Positions 38,426 through 50,834 of a stretch of DNA of 64,000 nt are shown one piece after another. The DNA lies in NCBI GenBank assembly GCA_951406725.2, contig OX597838.1, forward strand, positions 19,406,001-19,470,000. The letters are read 5' to 3'. How positions within the stretch are numbered: the first letter of the stretch is position 1; every line of letters begins with the position of its first letter. The DNA is from Octopus vulgaris (Eukaryota). Under the pieces are notes generated by a model. The model was given only the letters and a program-made list of their open reading frames with translations, ran no database searches and was not told where the DNA came from. The translations under genes and the position numbers were made by a program.

Positions 38426-39040
38426 TTGGAATTTACAAAGAAAAAATAAAAGATGAAGACAGGTGTGTAAACAACGTACACATGCAAGTTCCAGTAACCT
38501 AGACTACTAGATGCATAAAATTAATAATATGATATTAAACCATAAGATAAATAACACAGTTAGCGAGGAGACACTCAGGGATAATTTAGCTTATAAGAGT
38601 TCTAAGAATAGGGAAGAAAATAGTCAAGCATGTTCCAATAATTAGATTGAAATTAATGGTATAAGCAAATACAGGGATAATACTGTTGACGGTGAATACG
38701 TTGATAATTTGAATGTTGATAATACTCATAATAGCAGCAATGGACTTAACGAAAGCCAATTAGGGTGAAATTATAATAAAGGAAGAACGATAGAGGAAAT
38801 TCTGAGATTGGAGGAAAAAAGAATCACAAAACAGTAAACAGAGAACTAAAGAAGAATGTAGCTACGGAGACAAAAGTGCATGTCCTCTAAAAAACCAATG
38901 CATAATGTAATATAAAAATGCATATTATGTACAAGAGGAGGTGTGTATATATATATATTCCTTCTTTCCTGAGCGTCCAATAATACTTTATTTGTTCCAC
39001 ATCCTTGCGTTGTTGTCTTTTTGTTTTCTTGTTTGGATTA

Positions 39041-39120
<80 letters not shown>

Positions 39121-39124
39121 TACA

Positions 39125-39156
<32 letters not shown>

Positions 39157-39369
39157 CACCCCTTGAAATATAAATGAATGGACTCACATATATGTGTATA
39201 AGTTCATTCCTCTGTATATCTGTATGTATGTATAAAGTCCAGTATATGGCAATGAATGTAAACTATATAAATAATTTCCTAAAGGGTTTAAATGAAACAG
39301 AACAGAATAATGATTAGAACGAGTAGATTTTACTTTAAAAAATTATACATCTTTACACATCTTTACATA

Positions 39370-39766
39370 GGCGCAGGAGTGGCTGTGTGGTAAGTAGCTT
39401 GTCTACCAACCACATGGTTCCGGGTTCAGTCCCACTGCGTGGCACCTTGGGCAAGTGTCTTCTACTATAGCCTCGGGCTGACCAAAGCCTTGTGAGTGGA
39501 TTTGGTAGACGGAAACTGAAAGAAGCCCGTCGTATATATGTATATATATATATGCGTGTGTGTGTTTGTGTGTCTGTGTTTGTCCCCTAGCATTGCTTGA
39601 CAACTGATGCTGGTGTGTTTATGTCCCGTTACTTAGCGGTCCGGCAAAAGAGACCGATAGAATAAGTACTGGGCTTACAAAAGAATAAGTCCTGGGGTCG
39701 AGTTGCTCGACTAAAGGCGGTGCTCCAGCATGGCCGCAGTCAAATGACTGAAACAAGTAAAATAGT
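39370..39766 (+). mobile_element. SINE family A
   Basis: Full-length match. Confidence 0.85.
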
Positions 39767-40077
39767 AAAAAAAAAAAAAAAAAAGTAAAAGAGAGATGCA
39801 TGTATGCAACCACTTCCCACCTTAATTATATAAATGTGTCATTTTTGATTATAATTATCAGTACCAACATTATGATTGTAATCTTTATAATCACTTTGGA
39901 TTTACTATATTAAACCATCTTCATTTTGTATGATACCACATGGAATAATATATGGAAGTATCAGTATGTGTAGATGGGTGAACACATCTACATGAATGAG
40001 AGTGTGTCTGCCAATGTGCATAAATGTCTACATGTGAGGCTGTCACTGCATGTACGTATACATAAGCATACATACAT

Positions 40078-40456
40078 ACTCTCTTTACTCTTTTATTTGT
40101 TTCAGCCATTTGACTGTGGCCATGCTGGAGCACCGCCTTTAGTCGAGCAAATCGACCCCAGGACTTATTCTCTTTGTAAGCCTAGTACTTGTTTTATCGG
40201 TCTCTTTTGCTGAACCGCTAAGTTATGGGGATGTAAACACACCAGCATCGGTTGTCAAGCAATGTTGGGGGGACAAACACATACACATATATACGATGGG
40301 GTTCTTTCAGTTTCCATCTACCAAATCCATTCACAAGGCTTTGGTCGGCCCGAGGCTATAGTAGAAGACACTTGCCCAAGGTGCCACGCAGTGGGACTAA
40401 ACCTGGAACCATGTGGTTGGTAAGCAAGCTATTTACCACACAGCCACTCCTGCGCC
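40078..40456 (-). mobile_element. SINE family A
   Basis: Full-length match. Confidence 0.85.
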
Positions 40457-40474
40457 TATATATATATGTATATA

Positions 40475-40540
<66 letters not shown>

Positions 40541-41141
40541 TAGATAGATAGATAGATAGATAGATGTGTATCATTGGATAAAAATCAACAGGGCAGAGTA
40601 TGAGTGAAAGTATGTATGAATGAGTATATATAACAATGTATGTGTCTATATCGTGTATGTCTCTCAATATGTGGTATTAGGTTTCTGGGTGTAGATGTAC
40701 CAACGTGTGTATATATCAGTGTATGTGTGTGGACGAATGTGTGTTGTGGTAATAAATCAACTTTGAATTCAAAAAAGAACTGCCAGTGGACAGACAGGGA
40801 AGCATGTGGAATCAAAAAGTGCAGAAGATAACTGGATGCAAGTGACATCTGCTTAATGCTTAATGACTAGTAACTCAAAACCAATTTAAGATATCAGAAA
40901 CCAACCTCTATGCCTTTTCCCTGGCTTTGGTTTCATATTCTGTCTCTCTCTACATAATTAGATTAACCCCAATGCAAAACCAGTGATGTCTGTAACGATG
41001 CCTGTAATGTGTTTGTATATATATATAATTTATTGGCTGATGTATGTATGTGCGTGTTTGTGTGTGTGTGTGTGCGTTTGTGTGTGTATCTGGCTATATG
41101 TGTGGCATGTGTATATTTATGTGTGCATGTAAATATATATA

Positions 41142-41528
41142 TCATCATCATCATCATTGTTTTTTGTCCACTTTCGATGCTAGCATGGATTGGACGGTTT
41201 GACTGAGGTCTGGCGAACCAGGCTCCAAGCTGATCTGGCAGAGTTTCTACAGCAGGATGCCCTTCCTAACGCCAACCACTCCGAGAGTGTAGTGGGTGCT
41301 TTTATGTGCCACCGGGACGAGGGCCAGTCAGGCACTACTGGCAACGGCCATGCTCAAATGGTGTTTTTTATGTGCCACCTGCACAGTAGCCATTCCTGTG
41401 TCACTGGCAACGACCTCGCTCAAATGTTGTTTTTCACATGCTACCAGCACAAGTACCAGTAAGTTGACATTGGTAACAATCACCCTTGAATTGTTTTTTT
41501 CATGTGCCGCCGGCACAGGAGCCAGTCA
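41142..41528 (-). mobile_element. SINE family C with internal tandem subrepeats
   Basis: Matches 1105-1545. Confidence 0.75.
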
Positions 41529-42062
41529 ATCAGATATATATAAAGCAAGTAAGTAACAAGGATGTCCAGGTATCATTGCATTACAGCCGTTTCAAGCAGC
41601 TACATTTAATTGATCAATGCAAGCATTACATCATTTTGAAATAACCCACTTTCCTCAGACACATAAGACCATACAGGTTTTCAACATACAGGATACTCCA
41701 TTGTAATTTTTTTAGCAAATTTTCTCATCAGAATTAGAGAATAAAAGAATTACATGTTTATTGCTATTATTGTAGCAGAATGAACTTAGGGAGAAAATAC
41801 CAAAAGTCTGGACATTCTTATTACTTATTTGCTTTTTATTCACCTTACTTCAAGCTGTGCGGATAATACTGGACTGTGTTGGTGCCTCAACTTAAGTACC
41901 TAATTCAACTGAATCTTAATTATTTCTTATATATATAATGGATAATAAAATGAATGGTTTACACCTGGTAGCTTACTGGTAAAGCATGGTCATTTTCATA
42001 GTGATTGTTATGGATATGGTAAATGAAAGGTGGAAGACGGAATATGCAAGAATTTATTATTA

Positions 42063-42168
42063 ATCACGACAATTGTCTCGACACATCTAGCATCGATTCC
42101 TCATGGGTGGGACATTTGATAACTGGTTCAGGAGCATCTGTTGGTGTAGATGTATCTCATCGGGTGAT
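42063..42168 (-). ncRNA. Type I hammerhead motif with two core substitutions
   Basis: ATCAC-CCGATGA-GATACATCTA...TAGATGTGTC-GAG-ACAATTGT-C-GTGAT. Confidence 0.6.
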
Positions 42169-42520
42169 GAACAAATGCAACTCGTTAAAATAACAGTTCC
42201 GTAATGTAACTTCCCGTTTTGTAGAAAGAAAAGGAGTCAGACAGAGGAAATATCTTCATTTATATGGAAGATCAAAAATAAAATCACAGATGGCAGAAAG
42301 AGAAACGAACATGCAATCCAACGAGGAAAGTATGGATGTATAAACCACCCTCAGGCAAGCTGCATGGTGCGAGTACATTTGCTCATACAAGCATCCACAA
42401 AAATGCGAGCATACACACACGTGAGGTTTGGCGCTCTCATGATCACAAAGTGAGTTGTCTATCTACTTGGCGTTTGTAAGAGCGGGGGAGGTTAAAGGTA
42501 AACTTAAGTCATCCCTACCT

Positions 42521-42926
42521 ATTTCTTTACTACCCACAAGGGGCTAAACACAGAGGGGACAAACAAGGACAGACAAACGGATTAAGTTGATTATATCGAC
42601 CCCAGTGCGTAACTGGTACTTATTTAATCGACCCTGAAAGGATGAAAGGCAAAGTCGACCTCGGCGGAATTTGAACTCAGAACGTAGCGGCATATGAAAT
42701 ACCTATTTCTTTACTACCCACAAGGGGCTAAACACAGAGGGGACAAACAAGGACAGACAAACGGATTAAGTTGATTATATCAACCCCAGTGCATAACTAG
42801 TACTTATTTAATCGACCCCAAAAGGATGAAAGGCAAAGTCGACCGTGGCGGAATTTGAACTCAGAATGTAGCGGCAGACGAAATACCGCTAGGCATTTCG
42901 CCCGGTGTGCTAACGTTTCTGCCAGC
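42521..42926 (-). mobile_element. Dimeric SINE family B with 18-bp TSD
   Basis: CTTAAGTCATCC(C/A)TACCT at 42503-42520 and 42927-42944; two ~183-bp units. Confidence 0.85.
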
Positions 42927-43474
42927 CTTAAGTCATCCATACCTTAAAGTAAATTAAATTATGTTATCGGTTGCTCAAAATTAATTCCCACAGCATTGTG
43001 CGAAAGTACATTTATATGCATGGAGGCATCTCGAGAGATGTTCAGAAATTTTCTTAATGATCTTCTCTTTAGTCCACGAGTAGATTTGAACTAAGAAAAT
43101 AAAATGTGACGAAAGACAAGACCATAAGTTTGTGGTGAGGGTTTACTAGGTTGATCCCATCACATTGACTGGTACATGATCATATTGGGCCCCTTCTGTC
43201 TGTCAACTACATCTCTTACAACACCCTTCCACAAGCAATTTTCGTCTAAGATAATTTGATAATTTGAGGTGTATGTAAAGTATTCCTGGCGATGATTTTG
43301 GAAACTTTTTGCTTTTTCCTTCACACACATTTTTTGAGACTTATCATCTTGGTCTAGAGTCTACTTAATAAATTATAATTAATTGTAGGTATTTTACAGT
43401 TTAATCCTCGTGAGTGGATTTGGTAGACAGAAACTGAAAGAGGTCTGTAGTATATACATATACATATGCATATA

Positions 43475-43685
43475 TAAGGTGGCCCAAAAGTAGGTTTGCA
43501 GTTATCCAACTATCTCTTTTGCATTCATAAATTAACAGTTTAGATCTTAATTATAAAAATTATGAAACCTTTATTCTATGCAAATTTAGTTAATTGTAAG
43601 GTAGAAATTTAAATGTAATAAAATGTTTTAAATGAAATTTTAAGTGCCTATGTGACAATTGTAAACCTGCTTTTGGGCCACCTTG
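43475..43685. mobile_element. Tc1/mariner MITE
   Basis: TIRs AAGGTGGCCCAAAAGTAGGTTTGCA / TGTAAACCTGCTTTTGGGCCACCTTG, flanked by TA. Confidence 0.8.
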
Positions 43686-44174
43686 TATGTATGTGGAAGC
43701 GTAAAAAAATCACCACTCATATTTACACACACATACATATATACACACATATAGATTTTGGATAACAAAGAACATCCCTTCCCAATTCAACTCCAAATTT
43801 TTTTGCAACTAACTCATATATATATAAAAGGTATTAATTTTCTGTAACTGTATCATTCATGATGAATCTCTCAAAAGAAATGAAAGCACTGAATAAATAA
43901 TCTTTATCCAAAATTCTACCTCCTTTTCTGTGTCTCTGTTTGTCACCCACCACTGCTTGACAACCAGTGTTGGTGTGTTTACGTTCCTGTAACTTAGCAG
44001 TTTGGCAAAAGGAACTGACAGAATAAGCACCAGGTTATTAAAAGAAAAAAACATAAGTACTGGGATCGATTCATTCGACTAAAAATTCTTCAAAATAGTG
44101 CTCCAGCATGACTGAAACAAGTAAAAGATAAAAGATATTCGTAGTCATCCCCCCCAGGGACGCAGATCTTTATA

Positions 44175-44570
44175 GATGCAGGAGTGGCTGTGTGGTAAGT
44201 AGCTTGCTTACCAACCACATGGTTCCGGGTTCAGTCCCACTGCATGGCATCTTGGGTAAGTGTCTTCTACTATAGCCTCGGGCCGACCAAAGCCTTGTGA
44301 GTGGATTTGGTAGACGGAAACTGAAAGAAGCCCGTCGTATATATGCATATATATGTGTGTGTGTATGTGTGTATATGTCTGTGTTTGTCCCCCTAGAATT
44401 GCTTGACAACCGATGCTGGTGTGTTTATGTCTCCATCACTTAGCGGTTCGGCAAAAGAGTCCGATAGGATAAGTACTAGACTTACAAGGAATAAATCCCG
44501 GGGTCGATTTGCTCGACTAAAGGCGGTGCTCCAGCATGGACACAGTCAAATGACTGAAATAAGTAAAAGA
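44175..44570 (+). mobile_element. SINE family A
   Basis: Full-length match. Confidence 0.85.
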
Positions 44571-44870
44571 GAAGAACTATACCACAATGGGAACCATATA
44601 CCACAATGGGAACCATATTAATATCAGATCTTAAAATGGCAGGCAAGCAGCAGTATTTTAACAGTCAACATGATGATCAACACAAGTCATTGGTATCTCT
44701 TCAAATTTCTACAAATATTCAAGTGGTTTGCATAACAGGTTAAAGAAAAAGAAGCCCTCAATGTTATTTGAAGTACTAATGATTTTGAAGGAGCAGATCA
44801 CCTTACTGGCAGCTATTTTTGTATTGTAACAATTATATGGTTTTCTTAAAAAAAAAACCCAAAAAATATA

Positions 44871-45280
44871 GGCGTAGGAGTGGCTGCGTGGTAAGTAGCT
44901 TGCTTACGAACCACATGGTTCCAGGTACAGTCCCACTGCGTGGCACCTTGGGCAAGTGTCTTCTACTATAGCCTCGGGCCGACCAAAGCCTTGTGAGTGG
45001 ATTTGGTAGACGGAAACTGAAAGAAGCCCGTCGTATATATGTATGTATATGTATGTATGTGTGTGTGTATATGTTTGTGTGTCTATGTTTGTCCCCTCCA
45101 ACATCGCTTGACCACCGATGCTGGTGTGTTTACGTCCCCGTAACTTAACAGTTTGGCAAAAAGAGATTGATAGAATAAGTACTAGGCTTACAAAGAATAA
45201 GTCCTGGGGGTTGATTTGCTCGACTAAAGGCGGTGCTCCAGCATGGCCACAGTCAAATTACTGAAAAGAGTAAAAGAGTA
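44871..45280 (+). mobile_element. SINE family A
   Basis: Full-length match. Confidence 0.85.
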
Positions 45281-45319
45281 ACAGCAGATAGGACATCACT
45301 ATCACTGTGATACTGGTAC

Positions 45320-46036
45320 TAAGCCAAGTGTTTTTTCATGCTGAGGAACAGATAATAGTCAGCTGTGGCCAAATAAGGAGAATAGGGAGGTTGATCAACC
45401 AGCTGAAAACCATAATCATGCACAACAACCATTGAAACCAAGGATTTGTATGCTGGAGCATTGTCCTAATGAAACAAGACCCCTTTCTGCAGTTTTCGTG
45501 GACATTTGACCTAGATAGCCTTTTGTAACTGCCTTGGAAAGTTGGCATAGCACTCTCTGTTGATGGTGTGGACCTTTTGAAGACAGTCAACAAACAGTTC
45601 CAAAAAACTGAGGCCATCATCTCCCCTGCAGATGGCCTTCTTTGGAGCAGGTGAGGAGGAGTGTTTCCACTGCATGGATTGTCTCTGTCACTGGCTCAAA
45701 GTGATGAACCAAATACTCATTCTTATTTCTTTACTGCCCACAAGGAGCTAAACACAGAGGGGACAAACGAGGACAGACAAACGGATTAAGTCGATTACAT
45801 CGACCCCAGTGCGTAACTGGTACCTAATTTATCGACCCCGAAAGGATGAAAGGCAAAGTCGACCTCAGCGGAATTTGAACCCAGAACGTAATGACAGACG
45901 AAATACGGCTATGCATTTCGCCCGGCGTGCTAACGTTTCTGCCAGCTCGCCGCCTTTGAACCAAATACTCATTCTGGGTTAGGAAATGTTCAAAGAAATC
46001 AGCTGGATCTGCCTGAAACAATGTCAGATTTTCGTA
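45320..46036 (-). pseudogene. Decayed mariner (DD34D) transposase catalytic domain, split by a SINE
   Basis: FLTQNEYLVHHFEP, QSMQWKH, MMASVFW, FH*DNAPA and PPYSPYLATADYYLF across frames. Confidence 0.85.
45724..45956 (-). mobile_element. SINE family B with perfect 19-bp TSD
   Basis: TGAACCAAATACTCATTCT at 45705-45723 and 45957-45975. Confidence 0.9.
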
Positions 46037-46299
46037 TAGCGAGGTCGTTGCCAGTATCGCTGGACTGGCTCCTGTGCAGGTGGCACATAAAAAGCACCAT
46101 TTGAGCGTGGCCGCTGTATTGGCCCTTGCCTTTCCCTTGGATAACATCGGTGGCGTGTAGAGGGGAGGCTGGTATGCATGGGGGACTGCCGCTCTTCCAT
46201 AAACAACCTTGCCCAGATTTGTGCCTCGGAGGGTAACTTTCTAGGTGCAGTCGCATGGTCATTCATGACTGAAGGGGGGTCACAACTACTATTATTATA

Positions 46300-46733
46300 G
46301 CCGAGGTTGACTTTACTTTTCATCCTTTAGGGGTTGATAAATTAAGTACCAATTGAGTTTTGGGGTTGATGTAATTGACTTATCCCCCTCCCCCAAATTT
46401 CAGGCCTTGTGCCTGTTATAGAAAAGATTATTATTATCCTCCTCCTCATCATCATCGTCATCATCGTCGTCGTCTTCATCGTCATCGTTATTATTATTAT
46501 AAGGCAGCGAGCTGGCAGAAACGTTAGCACACCGGGCGAAATGCGTAGCCGTATTTCGTCTGCCACAACATTCTGAGTTCAAATTCCGCCGAGGTCGACT
46601 TTGCCTTTCATCCTTTCGGGGTCGATAAATTAAGTACCAGTTACACACTGGGGTCGATGTAATCGACTTAATCCGTTTGTCTGTCTTTGTTTGTCCTCTC
46701 TGTGTTTAGCCCCTTGTGGGTAGTAAAGAAATA

Positions 46734-46781
<48 letters not shown>

Positions 46782-47055
46782 GTCATCATCATCATTATCA
46801 TTATTATAATTAAGGTGGCAAGCTGGCAGAATTGTTAATGCACCAGGCAAAATGCTGAGTGTCATTTCATCCGGTTCTCTGTGTTCTGAGTTCAAATGCT
46901 GCCAAGGTTGACTTTCCCATTCATCATTTTGGTGTTGATAAGATGAGTAACAGTCAAATACAGTGGGGGGGGAGGATGATGTAATTGACTAGCCCCCCCC
47001 CCCATCCACCATTTCCTATTAATATCCAGGCCTTGGGCCTACAGGAGAAAGGATT
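46300..47055 (+). mobile_element. Three SINE family B copies separated by trinucleotide tracts
   Basis: Match to consensus; best copy 46501-46735. Confidence 0.75.
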
Positions 47056-47660
47056 ATTTTATAATTATAGTCTACAAGATAAAACTTTTGACGAGACATT
47101 AATTCACAGCACCTGAGCTAAAAGAATTGGCATGCGATCTAATTCATTTGCACAGTCTCCTTTCTTTTGAAATGAAGTTTAAAAACAGCGGTGCCCCAGC
47201 ATGGCCTTAGCTCTCTAGCTGAAACTATTAAAGAAAATTTAAAAAAAAAGAAGAAAAGACTGTCGGAGGCTTCCAAATATATGGCATATCGCATGTCTCC
47301 TAAATTACATTTGTTCCATTCACACCTAGATTTCTAGTCTGAAAATATCAGCGCAGCCAGTGATAAACAAAAAGGAGAGATTTCCCCTGAATATTAAATC
47401 TAAGCAAACATGCTATCAAGAATTCAAGAATTCTCGAATGGAAACATGGAGGCAGACTATTGTTAGAAGATGTAAATTGCATTTAAAAGAAATTGTCATA
47501 TTTATCACATTTTTCATTATAGATAGCATGTGCACTACATGTATGTGTGTGTACATGTGCATATATATATATATATGTATATATGTATATATATATATAT
47601 GTATGTATACACATATGATAAATGCATGAAAATAAATCTTATTTTTATTACACACACACA

Positions 47661-47711
<51 letters not shown>

Positions 47712-47929
47712 TTCTATAATTATAACATAATTATAATTAGGGGGCAGCTAATTGCTGTATAATTATAATTATGTTTATGATTATAGAATATTTGTTTAAT
47801 TTCACCTAAAAAGATTATCTTAACGTATTGATCTACTTGGTAAAATTATTAATTACTAATTAATTAATTGAATAATTAATTAATATTACCCTTTTATTTT
47901 ATATATATATATCTACATGTATATGTATA

Positions 47930-48200
47930 TTGTGGCGGTGCATGGCTTCGTAAGAGTGTTGGCCTTGCAATCATGAGGTTGTGAGGTCAATTCCCAGGCC
48001 GGGTTATGTGTTGTGTTCTTGAGCAAGACACTTTATTTCATGTTGCTCCAGTTCACTCAGCTGTAGCAATGAGTTGCGACGCCACTGGTGCCAAGCTATA
48101 TCAGCCTTTGCTTTTCCCTTGGACAACATCGGTGGCACGGAGAGCGGAGGCTGGTATGATGGGCGACTGCTGGTCATCCATAAACAACCTTACCCAGACT
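47930..48200 (+). mobile_element. SINE family E
   Basis: Reverse-complement match to 57680-58016. Confidence 0.7.
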
Positions 48201-48564
48201 TGCGCTAAAAGAACCCTTCCTATAGATACACACACACACACACACACACATGTACATGCGTATATACACATAGTGTAATGATTCCTATCTTTTCAGCATA
48301 TATTTCAGCTGAACTTTCTCAGAAATGAGACTGTTTCTGTATGACAGAGGTCAACTCTCTGATATGTTGGCCTTTATCTCCATGAACATTATTGGTCCTG
48401 GAGATCCAAAATAACAGCCTCAGGTCTGGTGGGAGTTATGTAGTCCTGAACACCATTATAGCCACCTTCTGACAATTCCTTCAGGAGGAAATTGTTCAGC
48501 TTAGCACAGAACACAATATCAACTACAAACTTTCACATCTTGGTGATCTGTTTGACATTCATCT

Positions 48565-48891
48565 TTAGTCGAGCAAATCAACCCCAGGACTTATTCTTTG
48601 TAAGCCCAGTACTTATTCTATCGGTCTCTTTTGCCGAACCGCTAAGTTATGAGGATGTAAACACACCAGCATTGGTTGTCAAGCAATGTTGGGGGACAAA
48701 CACACACACACACACACACATACATATACGATGGGCTTTTTCCAGTTTCTCTCTACCAAATCCACTCACAAGGCTTTGGTCAGCCCGAGGCTATAGTAGA
48801 AGACATTTGCCCAAGGTGCCATGCAGTGGGACTGAACCCATGACTATGTGGTTGGTAAGCAAGCTACTTACCACGCAGCCAATCCTGCGCC
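48565..48891 (-). mobile_element. SINE family A (3'-truncated)
   Basis: Match to consensus. Confidence 0.8.
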
Positions 48892-49056
48892 TATATATAA
48901 TATTTGTTCTATCCACAACACCCAATAAATCAGAAGAACCAAAATGAATTTAAACATTACAAAGCCTTACTGTTGGTGAAATAAGGAAGTAAACACACTC
49001 TTTGAAAGCTTTTGATGTGCAGGAGAAATGAAATAAAAAAATATCTGTACCCACCC

Positions 49057-49137
49057 AAAAAATTGAAATCTGATAGGGAAAAAAAAATTGAAATCTGATA
49101 GGGAAAAAAATATTGAAATCTGATGGGGTAAAAAAAA
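49057..49137. repeat. Three tandem ~24-bp units AAAATTGAAATCTGATAGGGAAAA
   Basis: Direct inspection. Confidence 0.8.
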
Positions 49138-49305
49138 CCAATACAAGATTTAGAATCACCATCAATTTCAGTTTTATCTCTCTGATGTGAACAAAATATT
49201 TCATTTGTTGATCTGAGTATACCAAAAAGTATAGAATTGATAAAAAACACACACACATAGCAAAAATTATAGCATAAATTCAAGCAGTCATTCAAAGATA
49301 TAGGT

Positions 49306-49351
<46 letters not shown>

Positions 49352-49453
49352 ATAGAAATGGTAAGACAACAAAAGAATGAAAGTGACCTCGATATTATGT
49401 AAATAGAGGGCTTTATCTGTAAATGTAATTTGTAACAATTATTCGGTAGCCAT

Positions 49454-49514
49454 GATAAAACTCCGAGTTTCAGATGTCAGGGCGGAAATCCATGCTGCCA
49501 TCTCTTCAGTTATC
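49454..49514 (-). ncRNA. Type I hammerhead motif (left arm of inverted repeat)
   Basis: GATAA-CTGAAGA-GATG...CATC-T-GAA-ACTCGGAGT-T-TTATC. Confidence 0.7.
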
Positions 49515-49564
49515 TGACCATCGGAAAAAATGCTCTTTTTCCGAGCATTTCTTCTGATGGCTGA

Positions 49565-49623
49565 ATAACTGAAGAGATGGCAGTGTGGATTTCTGCCCTG
49601 ACATCTGAAACTCGGAGTTTTAT
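49565..49623 (+). ncRNA. Type I hammerhead motif (right arm of inverted repeat)
   Basis: ATAA-CTGAAGA-GATG...CATC-T-GAA-ACTCGGAGT-T-TTAT. Confidence 0.7.
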
Positions 49624-49659
49624 CATGGCTACCGAATAATTGTCACATATTACATTTAC

Positions 49660-49704
<45 letters not shown>

Positions 49705-49707
<3 letters not shown>

Positions 49708-50038
49708 GAATTGATGCCCCACCTACCATATTTGCCGAACATTGGCCCCCCCCCCCCCATCCAACTGATTATCATTAATTCCACAGTCTTCACAATCATT
49801 TGGACAGAAAAAATATGAATTCTGTAGACAAGGTCAGAACAGTACTGAAGGAGAATTTTTCGTCACAGACAAGTGAATTTTGGAAGAGGGGCCTTGCAAG
49901 TCTACGAGACAGATGGAAGAGCATTGTAGAAAATGAAGGAGAGTATATTTTAGATTGCAAAAGAACTTTGTTTAGCTTAATTTTGTAAAATAAAGGAAGT
50001 ATAAAAAAAAAACGCAATAATTTTGGGATGACCCAATA
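49705..50038 (+). pseudogene. mariner transposase C-terminus plus right TIR
   Basis: HLPYLPNIGP..TDYH..SLHNHL...FWKRGLASLRDRWKSIVENEGEYI; ends TTTTGGGATGACCCAATA|TA. Confidence 0.8.
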
Positions 50039-50298
50039 TATATATATTGTCCTTGCCTTCGTAATGGGGAGTAGATGAAACAGGGACTGTTGTATATCTC
50101 ATTTCTCTGGGTTTTTTTGTTGTTTGAAAAAAAGTTTGTTTCCATGTTTTTGTTTTTATGTTTTTGTTTTCATGTTTTTGTTTCTCATTGTATTCAACGA
50201 TTTTTTGATGTCCTGTACCCATATATGCATGTATATATACATATATATGTAGGTATGTACATATATGTATGTATATATGCATATATTTATATATTATT

Positions 50299-50337
<39 letters not shown>

Positions 50338-50349
50338 AATTACCGTTAT

Positions 50350-50542
50350 CTCTGGAATCTCTGGAATTCATAAACATTTAATGCATCTCAACGCACATTT
50401 CCACAAATCACCCGAGGTCCACATATACTATAGTCTGCACTGTAATCATCCCAGGAATACGGACTGTGCTCTTAAGGGACATGTGGTTTGTGGGAACACA
50501 AAAAGCAATGCCTTAAATGTTTATAAATTCCTTCCAAAGATT
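50350..50542. repeat. Imperfect inverted repeat
   Basis: GAATTCATAAACATTTAATGCAT vs ATGCCTTAAATGTTTATAAATTC; CCACAAATCAC vs GTGGTTTGTGG. Confidence 0.65.
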
Positions 50543-50834
50543 ATTATTATTATTATTAAAAATTATTATAATAATTATAATTATAATTATACCCTTTGTT
50601 ATTATTGATAATAGTATTTTCTCCCTGATAACAAACTACAGGTTTTTTTCTGTAGTATTTTACTTGAAGACACACGCGGATGGGCGGGGGAAAGTAAAAT
50701 CACCTCATTCATATTTTGAATTCGGTGGTACTAACACTGAATATGATCTGTCTGATACCGTTAGGTGGAGAGATATATTCAATTATTGCAGTACCCTCGA
50801 ATTTAATATTTCAATATTTAATTATTGAGGAATG

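Larger units (their letters stand above)
49414..49664. repeat. ~105-bp-arm inverted repeat with back-to-back hammerheads, between (TA)n tracts
   Basis: Arms near-perfectly complementary. Confidence 0.9.

Noticed and set aside
50050-50100. GAAA-CAG-GGA-CTG-TT, possible 3' half of a hammerhead
   Set aside because: 5' core absent (abuts a mariner end); cannot be supported
50657-50700. TTTTAC-TTGAAGA...GAAA-GTAAAA as a second tandem hammerhead
   Set aside because: No helix III or NUH, weak helix II; equally a plain hairpin
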